A stretch of 64,000 nt of DNA. Source: a virus. Each line of letters starts with the position of its first letter. The stretch's first letter is position 1. The notes below the pieces were generated by a model. It saw nothing but the letters and a program-made list of their open reading frames with translations, was not told the origin of the DNA and ran no database searches. The position numbers and the translations under genes are program-made. Where the stretch lies: positions 1 through 64,000 of the IMG/VR virus record IMGVR_UViG_3300034101_003554. One strand, written 5' to 3'. This document shows, piece by piece, positions 10,965-21,987 of the stretch.

Positions 10965-11462
10965 ATGAAATCATATAGAATTAACGAAGACTTTAGTAAT
11001 AAACAGCTTAAAGGTATTAATATGGCTGTTAAGGCATTATCATCTGATTATGATTTTATTACTGGGTGGGAGTTAGGAGAAATGGCTAAGGGATATGCTT
11101 CGGTGATATATATCGATTTGATTGTTGATTTGGATAAAGTTAATGAGTTTTATTTAGATAACGGAACACTTACACCTGAAACAAAAATTAGAAAATATTG
11201 GTTAGATGTATGGAAGGAGGATGACAATTATTCTACTTTTTTTCTTTTAAGTCTTAGTGATAGTAAAAATAATAGGACTGATGAGACAAAACAACTAAAA
11301 GCTGAGTTAGACGAATATTACAAACAAATCCCAGAGATATTTGCAACAAACTATGTGTTTGAAAATGATGACTTAGATATAAAAATAGAATATAGATGTG
11401 AATTAAATATAAATTCGTTTATGAATAAACCTAAAGGGAATGTGTATTTTTCAAAAGTATGA
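10965..11462 (+). CDS. Hypothetical protein
   Basis: 165 aa ORF, MKSYRINE. Confidence 0.8.
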   Translation: MKSYRINEDFSNKQLKGINMAVKALSSDYDFITGWELGEMAKGYASVIYIDLIVDLDKVNEFYLDNGTLTPETKIRKYWLDVWKEDDNYSTFFLLSLSDSKNNRTDETKQLKAELDEYYKQIPEIFATNYVFENDDLDIKIEYRCELNINSFMNKPKGNVYFSKV

Positions 11463-11523
11463 AATATATCCCCATCTTTAAGGTGGGGATTTTTTTTTGA
11501 TATATTTATATTAAAATTATAAT

Positions 11524-12702
11524 ATGAAAATAAAATTAACTGAATCTCAGTTAACCAAAATGGTTAAAGTATTAAAAGAAGGACATAATTACACATTTAA
11601 TGATGTGTTAGATATGGTGGGTCGTATCAAAGAATATTTTTCATCTTTTATTTCTAATCTTGAGAAACAAAAAACAACAAAGGAACATAAACATCCTAAT
11701 TTCCCATTGGAACATATGATTAAATATGTTTTGGATTCTATTAGAGATAATGAATATGAGGCCGAAAATATGTTTGATAATAGTGATTTTGAGGATAATT
11801 TCATTTATGCGTTTTTTTATAGGGATTCAAGGTCTATTGATTCTTGGCATAATTTATATTGTCAATTTAAGTATGAATTAGAACGTAAAGAACCTGAAAT
11901 ATGTAAACACGAAGATGACATTGATTGGGATGTGGTAAAAAAGGAATCTGGGATAATAACAAATGAACCTAAAAAAGAAATCAAACAACCAAAAGTAAGT
12001 ATCAATGAACCAAAACAAATTACGTTTGAAGATACCCCAATTTATGACACATTTGAGGATGCTTATAAATTTTTATTTGAATTAAAAGAAGTGTCTTTAG
12101 ATAAAAAGTTTTGTACAAAAGAGTATTATAGGATGTTTAGAATTTTATATAGTACTGGTAGTGCTAAAGTTGACCAACTAAGAATAAAATATAAGCGTAC
12201 TAAAGATTCTCCACCAGAAAGAAGTCTTCCATCTGATAGTGATGAGGAGAAAATAAACGATTTTATTAAAAAATATCGTTATTTATCTACTAACAAATTT
12301 TACGAATTTGCAAAAATGTTTTCTGATGAAACTGGGATAAGTTTAGATAAAATTAAAAAGAAGAGGTCAGAATTCATTGATAAAAAAATTGAAAAGATAT
12401 TTACACCAAAGTATGATGAAAGTAGTGTAATAAAAGACCCTGATTATAATAAAGCGCAAGAAATTATGCGAATTGCTAGAAAATATCTTAATTGTTGTAG
12501 AAAAGGATATTGGGATTGTGATGACGATGACCCTCCTTTTGATTTTTCAGGACCTAAGATTTATACAGAACCGAATGTTGAATATGAACCAACAATAAAG
12601 GGTGGGAATAATACACCATCAAAACCTAGTTCTGGTGATGGTGGTGTTGGTAAACCATCAAGTTTAAGTGAAACAATTAGAAAGATACTTAGAAAATTAT
12701 GA
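11524..12702 (+). CDS. Hypothetical protein with LTE leader
   Basis: MKIKLTESQL, 392 aa. Confidence 0.85.
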   Translation: MKIKLTESQLTKMVKVLKEGHNYTFNDVLDMVGRIKEYFSSFISNLEKQKTTKEHKHPNFPLEHMIKYVLDSIRDNEYEAENMFDNSDFEDNFIYAFFYRDSRSIDSWHNLYCQFKYELERKEPEICKHEDDIDWDVVKKESGIITNEPKKEIKQPKVSINEPKQITFEDTPIYDTFEDAYKFLFELKEVSLDKKFCTKEYYRMFRILYSTGSAKVDQLRIKYKRTKDSPPERSLPSDSDEEKINDFIKKYRYLSTNKFYEFAKMFSDETGISLDKIKKKRSEFIDKKIEKIFTPKYDESSVIKDPDYNKAQEIMRIARKYLNCCRKGYWDCDDDDPPFDFSGPKIYTEPNVEYEPTIKGGNNTPSKPSSGDGGVGKPSSLSETIRKILRKL

Positions 12703-13301
12703 AAATAATAATAACTGAGAGTCAGTATAGATTGATATTGGAGGATAAGTCATCTAAGGATAAGATGATAGAATTAATTCAAACATTTGGATTGAAACAC
12801 ATATTTGAAAATATTGGTGAGGACATTGTCCTCAAAAAATTGGGTTCATCATTTGATGATGTATTTACAAATGAGGTTAAGAAAATTTGTGATGAGTTAT
12901 TGGATGGGTCGTATAAAGATGTTGAGATTAAGGGTGGAACAATTTATATCTTAATGGAGGGTGAAAAAACTTATTTTTATGATGATTATCTTTCAAAGAT
13001 AAGAGAACAACTACCTTGGCGATATAATAATGCTCAATTCAAATTTGAAAAAGAATTTTCCGCTAAAGTTGAATATGACGAGGATGGTGATGAGTATGAT
13101 GTTACATTAATGAAATCATTGGCTGATGGGAGGTTTTTTGAATTAACTGGAAGACTATCTCAATATTCTTCTGGTAGGGATGATGAATGGGAATTTGAAC
13201 CTGATTACATATCTGATGATGATTATTATACTGAAATGTGGGAAGTTATAGATGAATATATTTTGGATGGGTTAACTGACAAGTTGTATAACAAAAAATA
13301 A
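12699..13301 (+). CDS. Hypothetical protein with IxE leader
   Basis: MKIIITESQYRLILE. Confidence 0.85.
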   Translation: MKIIITESQYRLILEDKSSKDKMIELIQTFGLKHIFENIGEDIVLKKLGSSFDDVFTNEVKKICDELLDGSYKDVEIKGGTIYILMEGEKTYFYDDYLSKIREQLPWRYNNAQFKFEKEFSAKVEYDEDGDEYDVTLMKSLADGRFFELTGRLSQYSSGRDDEWEFEPDYISDDDYYTEMWEVIDEYILDGLTDKLYNKK

Positions 13302-13308
13302 AAAATAA

Positions 13309-13755
13309 ATGAGAATAATAATTAGTGAGTCACAATATAAGTTTTTGATTTCTGAGTCTAAATTTGATAAGGACCGTCCAGAAATTATGAACAAGATAGA
13401 AAAGTATGGAATTGGGGCTGTCGCTCAATCTATGGGTATTACATCTAATAAACTCATTGATATGTTCAATATACCTTTTAATGATGATAAGGCTAAAGAA
13501 CTCATCAAACATTATATAGATAACTTTGATTATTTCTATGATTTTTCAAAGGTAAAAAATTATCTTTGTACCAAATATATAAAGGAGAGTTTTCTCGATG
13601 GAGTTAAAGAAACTATTTTAGAATATCTATATTTTAATTATTATGAGTATCGTGCTGTTGAATTTGATAATGTTGTTAATTTGGCTCCAAATTATATTGA
13701 TAAAAAATATGGAAAATTAATTAAGGATAAATTTATTGAAAATTGTGAAAAATAA
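13309..13755 (+). CDS. Hypothetical protein with IxE leader
   Basis: MRIIISESQYKFLISES. Confidence 0.85.
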   Translation: MRIIISESQYKFLISESKFDKDRPEIMNKIEKYGIGAVAQSMGITSNKLIDMFNIPFNDDKAKELIKHYIDNFDYFYDFSKVKNYLCTKYIKESFLDGVKETILEYLYFNYYEYRAVEFDNVVNLAPNYIDKKYGKLIKDKFIENCEK

Positions 13756-13963
13756 ATGAGAATAGAAAATAAATCAATTTGGGATTGGGATTTATATCAC
13801 CAATTAAAAGGTACAAAAAGTATTATAACCAATAAACTAAATATGTCAGGTGAAACTGATTTTAAGAAAATAATAAAACGTATTATTGATGATAAGAAAT
13901 CCCCAAGATGAATGGGGATTTTTAATTTATTATAATATTTATTTAATAAGATAATACATAATA

Positions 13964-15067
13964 ATGAATTATACAAAAAAAAGACACATATTTGAGGCTA
14001 ATCTTTTATTAGAAAAAAGATTCTTGAATGAACAAGGACCACCTGACGAGATTATGGATAAAAGAGGTATTGCAATTACATCAACAATACGAGGTGATTC
14101 AGATGAGGAATATGTTCGTAAATTGAAAGAATATGATGAGTTTAGTAAAATACCATTTTCTGCAACATTATCTGAAATATTTGGTCTTTTAACAATAGAT
14201 AACATTGTTGATATTATTGCAGCGGTATTAGATGGAATACCAGGAGTTGGGAATGCGGTATCATTTGGAGTTGATATTATTCATGCCATAAGTTATTTTA
14301 TTAGAGCTTTTATTTATTCCGATGATTTGGATAAACTTGAAAATGTCTTGAATGGGGTTATTACTTGTATGTTGGCATATGTACCATTAGCGGGAAATAT
14401 TGCAAGTATTGGAATCAGAGGAACGATTAGAAACCTTCTAAGACAAACAGATTCTGAAGTAATAGAATTTTTAAAACGTTTTGGTATTATTATAAGCCAA
14501 TCAGTACGTTTTAACCTAAAAAAAGATTCAAAATTTGTTTATAGATGGTTGGCGGCATTAATATCATTTATTATAGATAAAGCAACGGAAGTTCAAGACT
14601 CAAAACCTAAAATTCAATCTTACATTGAAAATTTATCAAAACAATTAAAAGAAATTATAAAAAAACTTAAATCAGTAACACGTTACATACCTTTTTTTGA
14701 TAAAATAATTGAGGCGATTGAAGATGTATCAGGTACTGTAGAAGATGCTAAAAAATTACTTGGAACATCAATTGAACCAATTTCAACAATACCAACATTA
14801 ACATCATCATTAACACCATCAGTAATACCATTTAAGAATCAAGAAGAAGGAGATAAGTTTAGAGCTTGGTTTAGAAAAAACTATTTAAATATTGCAAGGG
14901 ATTTGGATTTAACTTCATTTGGACCTTATAATAACGAAAATATTATAAATGCTTGGAATTATGTTTTACCATCTCCTATGCAAATTGATGGTGAAACAGC
15001 TGGCGATGTGTATAAAAAAACTGTTTTAATAAAAAGACTTCCAAAAAATACTTTAAACATACGATGA
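13964..15067 (+). CDS. Putative virion protein with pre-toxin-TG-like hydrophobic hairpin
   Basis: LDGIPGVGNAVSFGVDIIHAISY ... LAYVPLAGN. Confidence 0.6.
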   Translation: MNYTKKRHIFEANLLLEKRFLNEQGPPDEIMDKRGIAITSTIRGDSDEEYVRKLKEYDEFSKIPFSATLSEIFGLLTIDNIVDIIAAVLDGIPGVGNAVSFGVDIIHAISYFIRAFIYSDDLDKLENVLNGVITCMLAYVPLAGNIASIGIRGTIRNLLRQTDSEVIEFLKRFGIIISQSVRFNLKKDSKFVYRWLAALISFIIDKATEVQDSKPKIQSYIENLSKQLKEIIKKLKSVTRYIPFFDKIIEAIEDVSGTVEDAKKLLGTSIEPISTIPTLTSSLTPSVIPFKNQEEGDKFRAWFRKNYLNIARDLDLTSFGPYNNENIINAWNYVLPSPMQIDGETAGDVYKKTVLIKRLPKNTLNIR

Positions 15068-15215
15068 TATTCGTCTATTAAATGATGTAAAATATTTTAT
15101 TGATGATTAGAAATCCCCCAAGATGATTGGGGATTTTTAATTTGGTAAAGATATTTATTTTTGTAAGACATCAAATCAAGATAATAAACTTAATATAGTT
15201 AAAACAATATAAAAA

Positions 15216-16457
15216 GTGATAAGATTATTAATAACTGAAGAAGAAAAAAAAGAAATCCTAAAATTACATGGGAGTAGAGAAATTTTGAAAGAACAAATTA
15301 AAAATAGTGAAGATATAAATGAAGCCTATTTGTTTAATTTAGTAAAAGATGATTTTTCAACAACGCTTTCAAAGCTTAAGACTAGTAACCCTAGTTGTTT
15401 AGAACGCATTATAAATTGTTTAAAATTATTATATTACCTTCGTAAAACGACAGACGATAAAGAAAATGAACAAAAAAAACTAAAAAATCTATATAACAAT
15501 CAATGTTTTGAAAATAATACTGATAATACCGAAATGTTAAAATTTATTGTTCAAAAATTTGAAGAGACTGAACTTTCAAAAATAACACCAGGTGAAATAG
15601 GTGTTATACCTAATTTAGGTATAGAATATAAAAAGAGTGATGGAACAATTACAAATAAAAAAGAAATTTTTGGTTATGATGCTGAAATTGTAAGTGCTAA
15701 AGTATATAGTAATGATATATTCTTAGACTTTAATACAAACTCTAGAATTAAAGGTTTTTATATATTTAACTATGATGAAATAACTGATGAAAAAATAAAG
15801 AATTTAATTAAAGATTTAATAACTAAATCGGTAACAAATGGTTTATTAGATTTGTATGAACAAAAACAACCTAATTTTGATAAAATATTTGACGCTTTTC
15901 AAAAAGATAAATTAAAAGGATTTGAGGGTCATATTTTTACTTTTGGTAATAAAGATTTACCTGAGATACTATTAATTGGTGATATCAACGATAAAAATTT
16001 AACCCAAAAGGTTGACCCTCCCATAGGTGAAAAAAAAATTGAAATTCTTAATACCAGAGAATATATTAAATTTAAAGAGGGTAATAAATATATTGGAGAT
16101 ATTGTAAATGATGAGCTAATGTTGACTCCATATACAGGTGGTGATGACGAAGAAGAAAATGAAGAGGTAGTGAACAACAATGCCGAAAGTGGAATTAATT
16201 TTTATTTGGATTTAGCTGAAAGAAAACTATATAAAACAATATATGAAGACCCAATTGCTACACTAGATTATGAAACATATGATATGCCTTATGTAGAGAT
16301 AACCTTTAATACCTCGGAGGATATTTTTGAATATTTTTGTCATCAAAAATATTTTAATGAACCAAATAAAGATATACCTAAATATTATAATTTAGGGTAT
16401 TCAAATTATTTAGACAAAGAGATTTGTAAAGGTAGTACAAAACCTAAATGGGACTAA
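15216..16457 (+). CDS. Hypothetical protein with ITEEEK leader
   Basis: 413 aa; C-terminal GINFYLDLA domain shared with 16475..17149. Confidence 0.8.
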   Translation: MIRLLITEEEKKEILKLHGSREILKEQIKNSEDINEAYLFNLVKDDFSTTLSKLKTSNPSCLERIINCLKLLYYLRKTTDDKENEQKKLKNLYNNQCFENNTDNTEMLKFIVQKFEETELSKITPGEIGVIPNLGIEYKKSDGTITNKKEIFGYDAEIVSAKVYSNDIFLDFNTNSRIKGFYIFNYDEITDEKIKNLIKDLITKSVTNGLLDLYEQKQPNFDKIFDAFQKDKLKGFEGHIFTFGNKDLPEILLIGDINDKNLTQKVDPPIGEKKIEILNTREYIKFKEGNKYIGDIVNDELMLTPYTGGDDEEENEEVVNNNAESGINFYLDLAERKLYKTIYEDPIATLDYETYDMPYVEITFNTSEDIFEYFCHQKYFNEPNKDIPKYYNLGYSNYLDKEICKGSTKPKWD

Positions 16458-16474
16458 CAATAAATTAATTATAA

Positions 16475-17149
16475 ATGATTACAATGAAAAGAATTATAAA
16501 TTTAACTGAACATGATTTATATAAATTGGTTAAAAGAATTATTATTAAGGAAGGCAAACCCAAAAATATTACTCTAGAAGAGTTACGTGCATTAGCTAAG
16601 GATAACCCAAAATTATTAGAATTAATACAAAAATATATTAATGATGTAAGTATAAGTGACCAATTCTATTCAATAATGAAAGAAATTCAAGGAATTGGTA
16701 ATGAAAAAGAAAAAGTGGATGAATATATTGCAAGCAATCCAGATACTAAATATATGTATGATGAGATTAAAAAACTATCATTCCCATCAAATATATACAC
16801 TAACAATAAAGACAAAACTATAGTTAAGAATAAAGAAGAAGAATCAACAATCGTTGGTGATGGAATTGTGTTCTACTTAGATTTAGCCCAAAGAAAACAA
16901 TATATAGTATATGAAGAAAATCCAATAGCAAAAATTAATCAAGAGGATAAATCTTTGGTTGATATTTCGTTTGAAACCTATGATAATACATACATATATT
17001 ATTGTAATAAAAATAGATTTATAGAAGAAGAAAAACCTAATTATTACCTATATAATTCAAAATACGCAGATTATTTGAATAAGAATATTTGTATATCTCA
17101 AACAAAAAGTAAGGGAGGTGTTTTAGTTCCAAATGTTAGATGGCCATAA
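16475..17149 (+). CDS. Hypothetical protein with LTE leader
   Basis: Shares the GIVFYLDLA...PIA domain with the upstream gene. Confidence 0.8.
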   Translation: MITMKRIINLTEHDLYKLVKRIIIKEGKPKNITLEELRALAKDNPKLLELIQKYINDVSISDQFYSIMKEIQGIGNEKEKVDEYIASNPDTKYMYDEIKKLSFPSNIYTNNKDKTIVKNKEEESTIVGDGIVFYLDLAQRKQYIVYEENPIAKINQEDKSLVDISFETYDNTYIYYCNKNRFIEEEKPNYYLYNSKYADYLNKNICISQTKSKGGVLVPNVRWP

Positions 17150-17364
17150 GATAATTTTTATATGATTACGATATATTTATAAATAAAAAATATGAAACAT
17201 TTATTAAATGATTTATCATATTCTGAGAAGAACAGAATATTAGAACAATATGATAACTCATATATTAATTGAAACAAAAAAATTTAATAAATTAATTGGT
17301 TTAAAATTGGATAATGAATTACTAGGACATTTAAATTAATAAAATAAAACAATAAAAAGATAAT

Positions 17365-17976
17365 ATGAAAAAAATAATTAGATTAACAGAAACTGATTTA
17401 ACAAACTTGGTTAAAAGAGTATTAAAAGAACATCCAATTAGTAAACCTAATCAAGTAACAACTACAACAACAACAAAAAAAGTAGATAGATCACTACAGG
17501 CACAACAGTGGGTGGTTAATAACTTTAAAAAAAATGCCACAATAACATTGTATGATAGACCAAATAGTAATGGAGAAGGTATTGGTAGTTTTGTTATTCT
17601 AGGTCAAGTTCCAGCTAGAGATGAGAACAAATTAGTTATTAATAAACCAGCCAATTATTTAGAAGAGTTAGGAGAAATAGATGCTAACGCTATAGGATCA
17701 TTTGGTTTACTTACATTTAGAGTTGTAGGTCAAGAAGGAAATAACAAAGCTTATAATGCGGACAAAGAATTAAATCTAACATTTAAATGCAAAAATAAAC
17801 ATGCTTTAATTGCTGGTAAGATTAGACGTAATCAACTTGGTAAATTTTTTGTTAGGACTGGTGATGCTTTTAATTGGAATCAAGCTACAGTATATGCTCC
17901 AAATTTAACAAATAATTTATTGGCTGGTTATTGTAGAACTTCAGGTAAAAATGTTGTAACAAAAACAGATATTTAA
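17365..17976 (+). CDS. Hypothetical protein with LTE leader
   Basis: MKKIIRLTETDLTNLVKRVLKE. Confidence 0.85.
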   Translation: MKKIIRLTETDLTNLVKRVLKEHPISKPNQVTTTTTTKKVDRSLQAQQWVVNNFKKNATITLYDRPNSNGEGIGSFVILGQVPARDENKLVINKPANYLEELGEIDANAIGSFGLLTFRVVGQEGNNKAYNADKELNLTFKCKNKHALIAGKIRRNQLGKFFVRTGDAFNWNQATVYAPNLTNNLLAGYCRTSGKNVVTKTDI

Positions 17977-17994
17977 AAATATTAAAATTTAATT

Positions 17995-19335
17995 ATGAAA
18001 CTAACAAATAAAGAAAAAGAAAGAATATTGGCATTACATTATAGTATGCCAATGAATCCTTATTTGTTTGAACATCAAATTGATGTTCCAAAATCTGATT
18101 ATTCTTATTCTTGGAATCTTGGAAATAATCTTGTACCAACTGCTCAAATAAATCCAAATTCATATGACGAGCAAGGTATGGGTACTACTGAAGAATTGGT
18201 TTATCCTGGTTCAGTTGAATGGGATAATGAGGCTATTCACGAATTTTTATTTTGGTCTAGTTTTGTAATTGGATTAATACCCTTACCTGTGACACAAGTT
18301 ATTGCAGGTGGGTTAGATTTAGTTAATGCTGGGATATACGCAGCAGAAGGAAAATATACTGATGCTGGACTTTATGCCATTTTAGCTGTTGTACCTTTTG
18401 CTCTTGACCGCCCTTTAGTTACAGCAGGAAAATATATTGATAAATTAAAATATAGTAATAGAATTAAAGGATTGGGTGAAAAATTAACAACAAGAGAAGG
18501 ATTAAAAGAATTAACACATACAGAACAAAGGGCTTTAAGTGCCTTACTTGATAATAATTTTTTAAGTTCAAGTATTAAAGGTTATTCAGAAATGGCCAAA
18601 CAAAATTTAAAATCATATTTAATAAAGCCAAACACATTCAAAAATGGGTATACACTTGAGAAAATTCTTATAAAATATAATTTAAAAGAACAAGAAAAAA
18701 TTGTTAACAAAATTGTATTAGAAAATTTTAGGGACATCGCTACTAATACTTTTAAATATTTGGGATTTTCAGGTGTTTATTATGGAAGTGAGGAGGCTGT
18801 TAGATACATCTTCGATCAGTATCTCAAAGATATACCAAAATCATCAGAAACCACTAAACCAACAAATACAATTAAAAATACGACTAAAGACAAAATTGAA
18901 AGTTTAGGTTATAATTATGAAGAGGTAATTCGTGAGTTTGGTGGAGATATTAATAATCCAAAAGATGTTGAAAAATTAGATAAAGCTTGGAATGACTCTA
19001 GTATTACTTCAATGATTTATGAAAATGGTAAATTTGTAGAAACAAGTGGCTATAGACCACGTATAACTACCAAAGGTAAATATCATGATCAATTAGGTAT
19101 TACTGAAGAGTTACCTTGTAAATATCATGCTTCAAAAAATATACCATTAGATAATAGTAAGTGTTGGAGAATATTATCTAATTCAAAATTAAAAAGTAAA
19201 AATATTAATTTACCTTACGACTACAAAATAAAAGGAAGTGATTATTATTATTCTGAGATTGGGAAAAATAAATGGTATTTAGTAACAGGTGAAGATAACA
19301 TTAAAACTTTAGAGAATGTATTCTCAAAATTTTAA
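17995..19335 (+). CDS. Putative virion protein with pre-toxin-TG-like hairpin
   Basis: GLIPLPVTQVIAGGLDLVNAGIYAAEGKYTDAGL. Confidence 0.6.
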   Translation: MKLTNKEKERILALHYSMPMNPYLFEHQIDVPKSDYSYSWNLGNNLVPTAQINPNSYDEQGMGTTEELVYPGSVEWDNEAIHEFLFWSSFVIGLIPLPVTQVIAGGLDLVNAGIYAAEGKYTDAGLYAILAVVPFALDRPLVTAGKYIDKLKYSNRIKGLGEKLTTREGLKELTHTEQRALSALLDNNFLSSSIKGYSEMAKQNLKSYLIKPNTFKNGYTLEKILIKYNLKEQEKIVNKIVLENFRDIATNTFKYLGFSGVYYGSEEAVRYIFDQYLKDIPKSSETTKPTNTIKNTTKDKIESLGYNYEEVIREFGGDINNPKDVEKLDKAWNDSSITSMIYENGKFVETSGYRPRITTKGKYHDQLGITEELPCKYHASKNIPLDNSKCWRILSNSKLKSKNINLPYDYKIKGSDYYYSEIGKNKWYLVTGEDNIKTLENVFSKF

Positions 19336-19471
19336 TATAAATTCTTGGATTAATTCTTCCATCTTTTATTTATATGACTAATTCTATTTATTTTAATTAA
19401 AAGAAAACGTACTTTGACAAAGTAATTATAGGGGTTAATTAATTGTGGTTTAACCTTAAAACAAAAACATT

Positions 19472-20074
19472 ATGAAAAAAGTAATTGTAATTCTTTTGGG
19501 TTTATTATTTATCTCATTTGAAAATAAAGAAATCCAAAATATTTCAGTTTCTTCGGAAGATGAAAAATTTGTTCACAACAATGTTATTGCTGAAAATATA
19601 TCATATAGTGTGAACTTTAAACAAAAACATCCCTACGCTAAGTTTTGTGAGGAATATGGTGGTATTGCCATCTATCACCAACTAGAATGTGGTATACCGG
19701 CTAGTATTCAATTAGCACAGGCCATTGCGGAAAGTGGTGGTGGGGTGTCAGAGATTGCAAAGAAAAGCAATAATCTGTTTGGAATGAGATATTATAAAGA
19801 ATTGTATTCTGGTGATTATTATGAGGCTATAGGAGGGTCAAAATGGAGAAAATATAATAGTTTTGAAGACTCTTTTGAAGACCATGCACAATTCTTGAAT
19901 AAATTTTATCCTAACGCAGTTGGAAAAGATTGGACATATTGGTCTAACAATTGTGTTGGTTATGGAGGAGAAGGATATTGGAAACACATCGGAATGGTTA
20001 TTGAAAAATTTGAACTATGGAAATATGATGATTTGGTGGAAAAACACCAAGAACATCAACGATATAAATTATAG
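19472..20074 (+). CDS. GH73 glucosaminidase-domain peptidoglycan hydrolase with signal peptide
   Basis: GIPASIQLAQAIAESG...NNLFGM...WRKYNSFEDSFEDHA. Confidence 0.85.
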   Translation: MKKVIVILLGLLFISFENKEIQNISVSSEDEKFVHNNVIAENISYSVNFKQKHPYAKFCEEYGGIAIYHQLECGIPASIQLAQAIAESGGGVSEIAKKSNNLFGMRYYKELYSGDYYEAIGGSKWRKYNSFEDSFEDHAQFLNKFYPNAVGKDWTYWSNNCVGYGGEGYWKHIGMVIEKFELWKYDDLVEKHQEHQRYKL

Positions 20075-20568
20075 TTTTTTCTCAACCTATCTAAATTATG
20101 TTTATAAATAAGTATTGTTAAATGGTATGCCCCTAGTATTAAAATACAATAAATTTCAAACCACAACATACCTGATAACAAAAAAACCAAAATTGACAAT
20201 AAATAAAGAAAACTAAAAAATTTAAATCTTTTTAACGTCAACAATGGGTAAACACAAGAAATAAAAAAACATCCTGCAAAAACATTATGAATTGTAGGAT
20301 ACATTTCTAAAGAAAACGCAGTCAAAAGTAATAAAAAAATTGAAGGTATTAACCATCGGTCAGTACTGAAAAAAAAATAACTTGTGGCTGCGTTTACAAT
20401 TATAAAAATGGGCTGGAGTGGAGTCTTCCAATAACTAGAGATAGACCATAATTCTCCACATATTGACATTAGAATAAATGGTTGTATAATTGATAGTATA
20501 ATAACCATCAATTTAATTTTAAAATCATATTTTTTAATTAAATTCATATAAAAATAAATATTAACCAT
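20056..20568 (-). CDS. Multi-pass membrane protein (true start probably 20547)
   Basis: Several hydrophobic helices. Confidence 0.7.
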   Translation of the reverse strand: MVNIYFYMNLIKKYDFKIKLMVIILSIIQPFILMSICGELWSISSYWKTPLQPIFIIVNAATSYFFFSTDRWLIPSIFLLLLTAFSLEMYPTIHNVFAGCFFISCVYPLLTLKRFKFFSFLYLLSILVFLLSGMLWFEIYCILILGAYHLTILIYKHNLDRLRKNYNLYR

Positions 20569-20569
20569 T

Positions 20570-20755
20570 ATGACAACAGAACAAAAAGCACAGATTTACG
20601 GAAATTTAATGAATGAACATACAAAATGTTTCAATGAAATTAATAGAATAAAAGGTGAAAGTATTGAATTAAATCGAGAACAACGTACAAAGATTAAACA
20701 ATTGGAAGAAAGACAACAACAGATTATGACCGAAGTTAACAAATTATTGAGTTAA
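20570..20755 (+). CDS. Small coiled-coil protein
   Basis: 61 aa ORF followed by a terminator hairpin. Confidence 0.7.
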   Translation: MTTEQKAQIYGNLMNEHTKCFNEINRIKGESIELNREQRTKIKQLEERQQQIMTEVNKLLS

Positions 20756-20822
20756 TAATAAAAAATCCCATCAAAAAAGATGGGATTTCTTTTATAATAT
20801 AATATTTATTTTAAAATAAAAT

Positions 20823-21095
20823 ATGACGATAAGAAAAAAACAACTTATACAAGAAAGAAATATATTATTGGAACGTAAATATCTAATTGAACAAGATGTT
20901 GTTAATAGTGGTAACACAGGGACTACTCAAGTCACAACTACATCAACAAAAAAAATAGACCCAAAAACATTAATTGATTGCAGTACAAATGATTCAAGAA
21001 AAAATCCAATAACTCTAGGTGAAAAAATTGGTGAATTTCAAATATTTAATACAAGTCAGGGTAAACCTTTTTGTACTAAAAAAATTAAAGCATGA
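20823..21095 (+). CDS. Hypothetical protein with LxE leader
   Basis: IQERNILLERKYLIEQ. Confidence 0.75.
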   Translation: MTIRKKQLIQERNILLERKYLIEQDVVNSGNTGTTQVTTTSTKKIDPKTLIDCSTNDSRKNPITLGEKIGEFQIFNTSQGKPFCTKKIKA

Positions 21096-21490
21096 AAGTA
21101 AAATTAGTATTTAAAAAAAATTCAATACCAACTAAACATCGTGGATTAATAAAAGAATTTATTCATTTCTTATATAAAAAATTAATGTTAAAAAAAGACA
21201 TAAAGATTATTTTTTTAACTGAAAGAGAATATAATATGTCAACTGGGGCAAGACGTTTTGATGGTGTTATATTTGTTTTGTGTAAAAAGAGAATTATACG
21301 TGACATATTACGTACATTAACCCACGAATGGGTGCATGAATACCAATTCAATGTGTTGGGTAGGGAAAAAGGAGCTGATATTGGGGGTGTTAATGAAGAT
21401 GAAGCTAATGCTATTGCGGGTAAATTAATTAAATTATTTGAAAAAGAAAATCCACAAATTGAAAAAATAATGTACGAACACAAATTATAG
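21092..21490 (+). CDS. HExxH metallopeptidase-like protein
   Basis: LRTLTHEWVHE ... EDEANA. Confidence 0.7.
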   Translation: MKVKLVFKKNSIPTKHRGLIKEFIHFLYKKLMLKKDIKIIFLTEREYNMSTGARRFDGVIFVLCKKRIIRDILRTLTHEWVHEYQFNVLGREKGADIGGVNEDEANAIAGKLIKLFEKENPQIEKIMYEHKL

Positions 21491-21526
21491 TTTATATTCG
21501 TACATTAATAATCTTGTTATTTCTTT

Positions 21527-21952
21527 TTAATTAATACCAGTAACCTCAACATCAAAGATTAACTTTTGACTTGCCAATGGGTGATTAGCATCAATAGTAA
21601 CGGTTTCTTCATCAACTTCTAAAATTTTAACAATTATTGGTCCTCTTGAAGAATTTCCTTGTAGTGTCTCACCAACTTGAACATTAGGTGGGAACTGACT
21701 ACGGTCTACTTTTGTTTTAAGTTCAGGATTATATGTTCCATAAGCAAATTCTGGGTCAATTTCAATTGTTTTTGATTCTCCAATACTCATTTCAAGTAAT
21801 CCTTTTTCAAAACCTTCAATTAATTGACCTTGTCCTAATGTTGCTTTTAATGGTTCTCTTCCATCAGTTAAAGATGTATCAAAAATTGTCCCATCCTCCA
21901 ATTTTCCTGTGTAATTGACTGTAACGGTGTCACCAATTTGAACTTTTTTCAT
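21527..21952 (-). CDS. FKBP-type peptidyl-prolyl isomerase (SlyD/SlpA-like)
   Basis: VTVNYTGKLEDGTIFDTS ... IDANHPLA ... LIFDVEV. Confidence 0.92.
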   Translation of the reverse strand: MKKVQIGDTVTVNYTGKLEDGTIFDTSLTDGREPLKATLGQGQLIEGFEKGLLEMSIGESKTIEIDPEFAYGTYNPELKTKVDRSQFPPNVQVGETLQGNSSRGPIIVKILEVDEETVTIDANHPLASQKLIFDVEVTGIN

Positions 21953-21987
21953 TTTGTAATTTTTATTTAATGATAATTTTATTTTTT

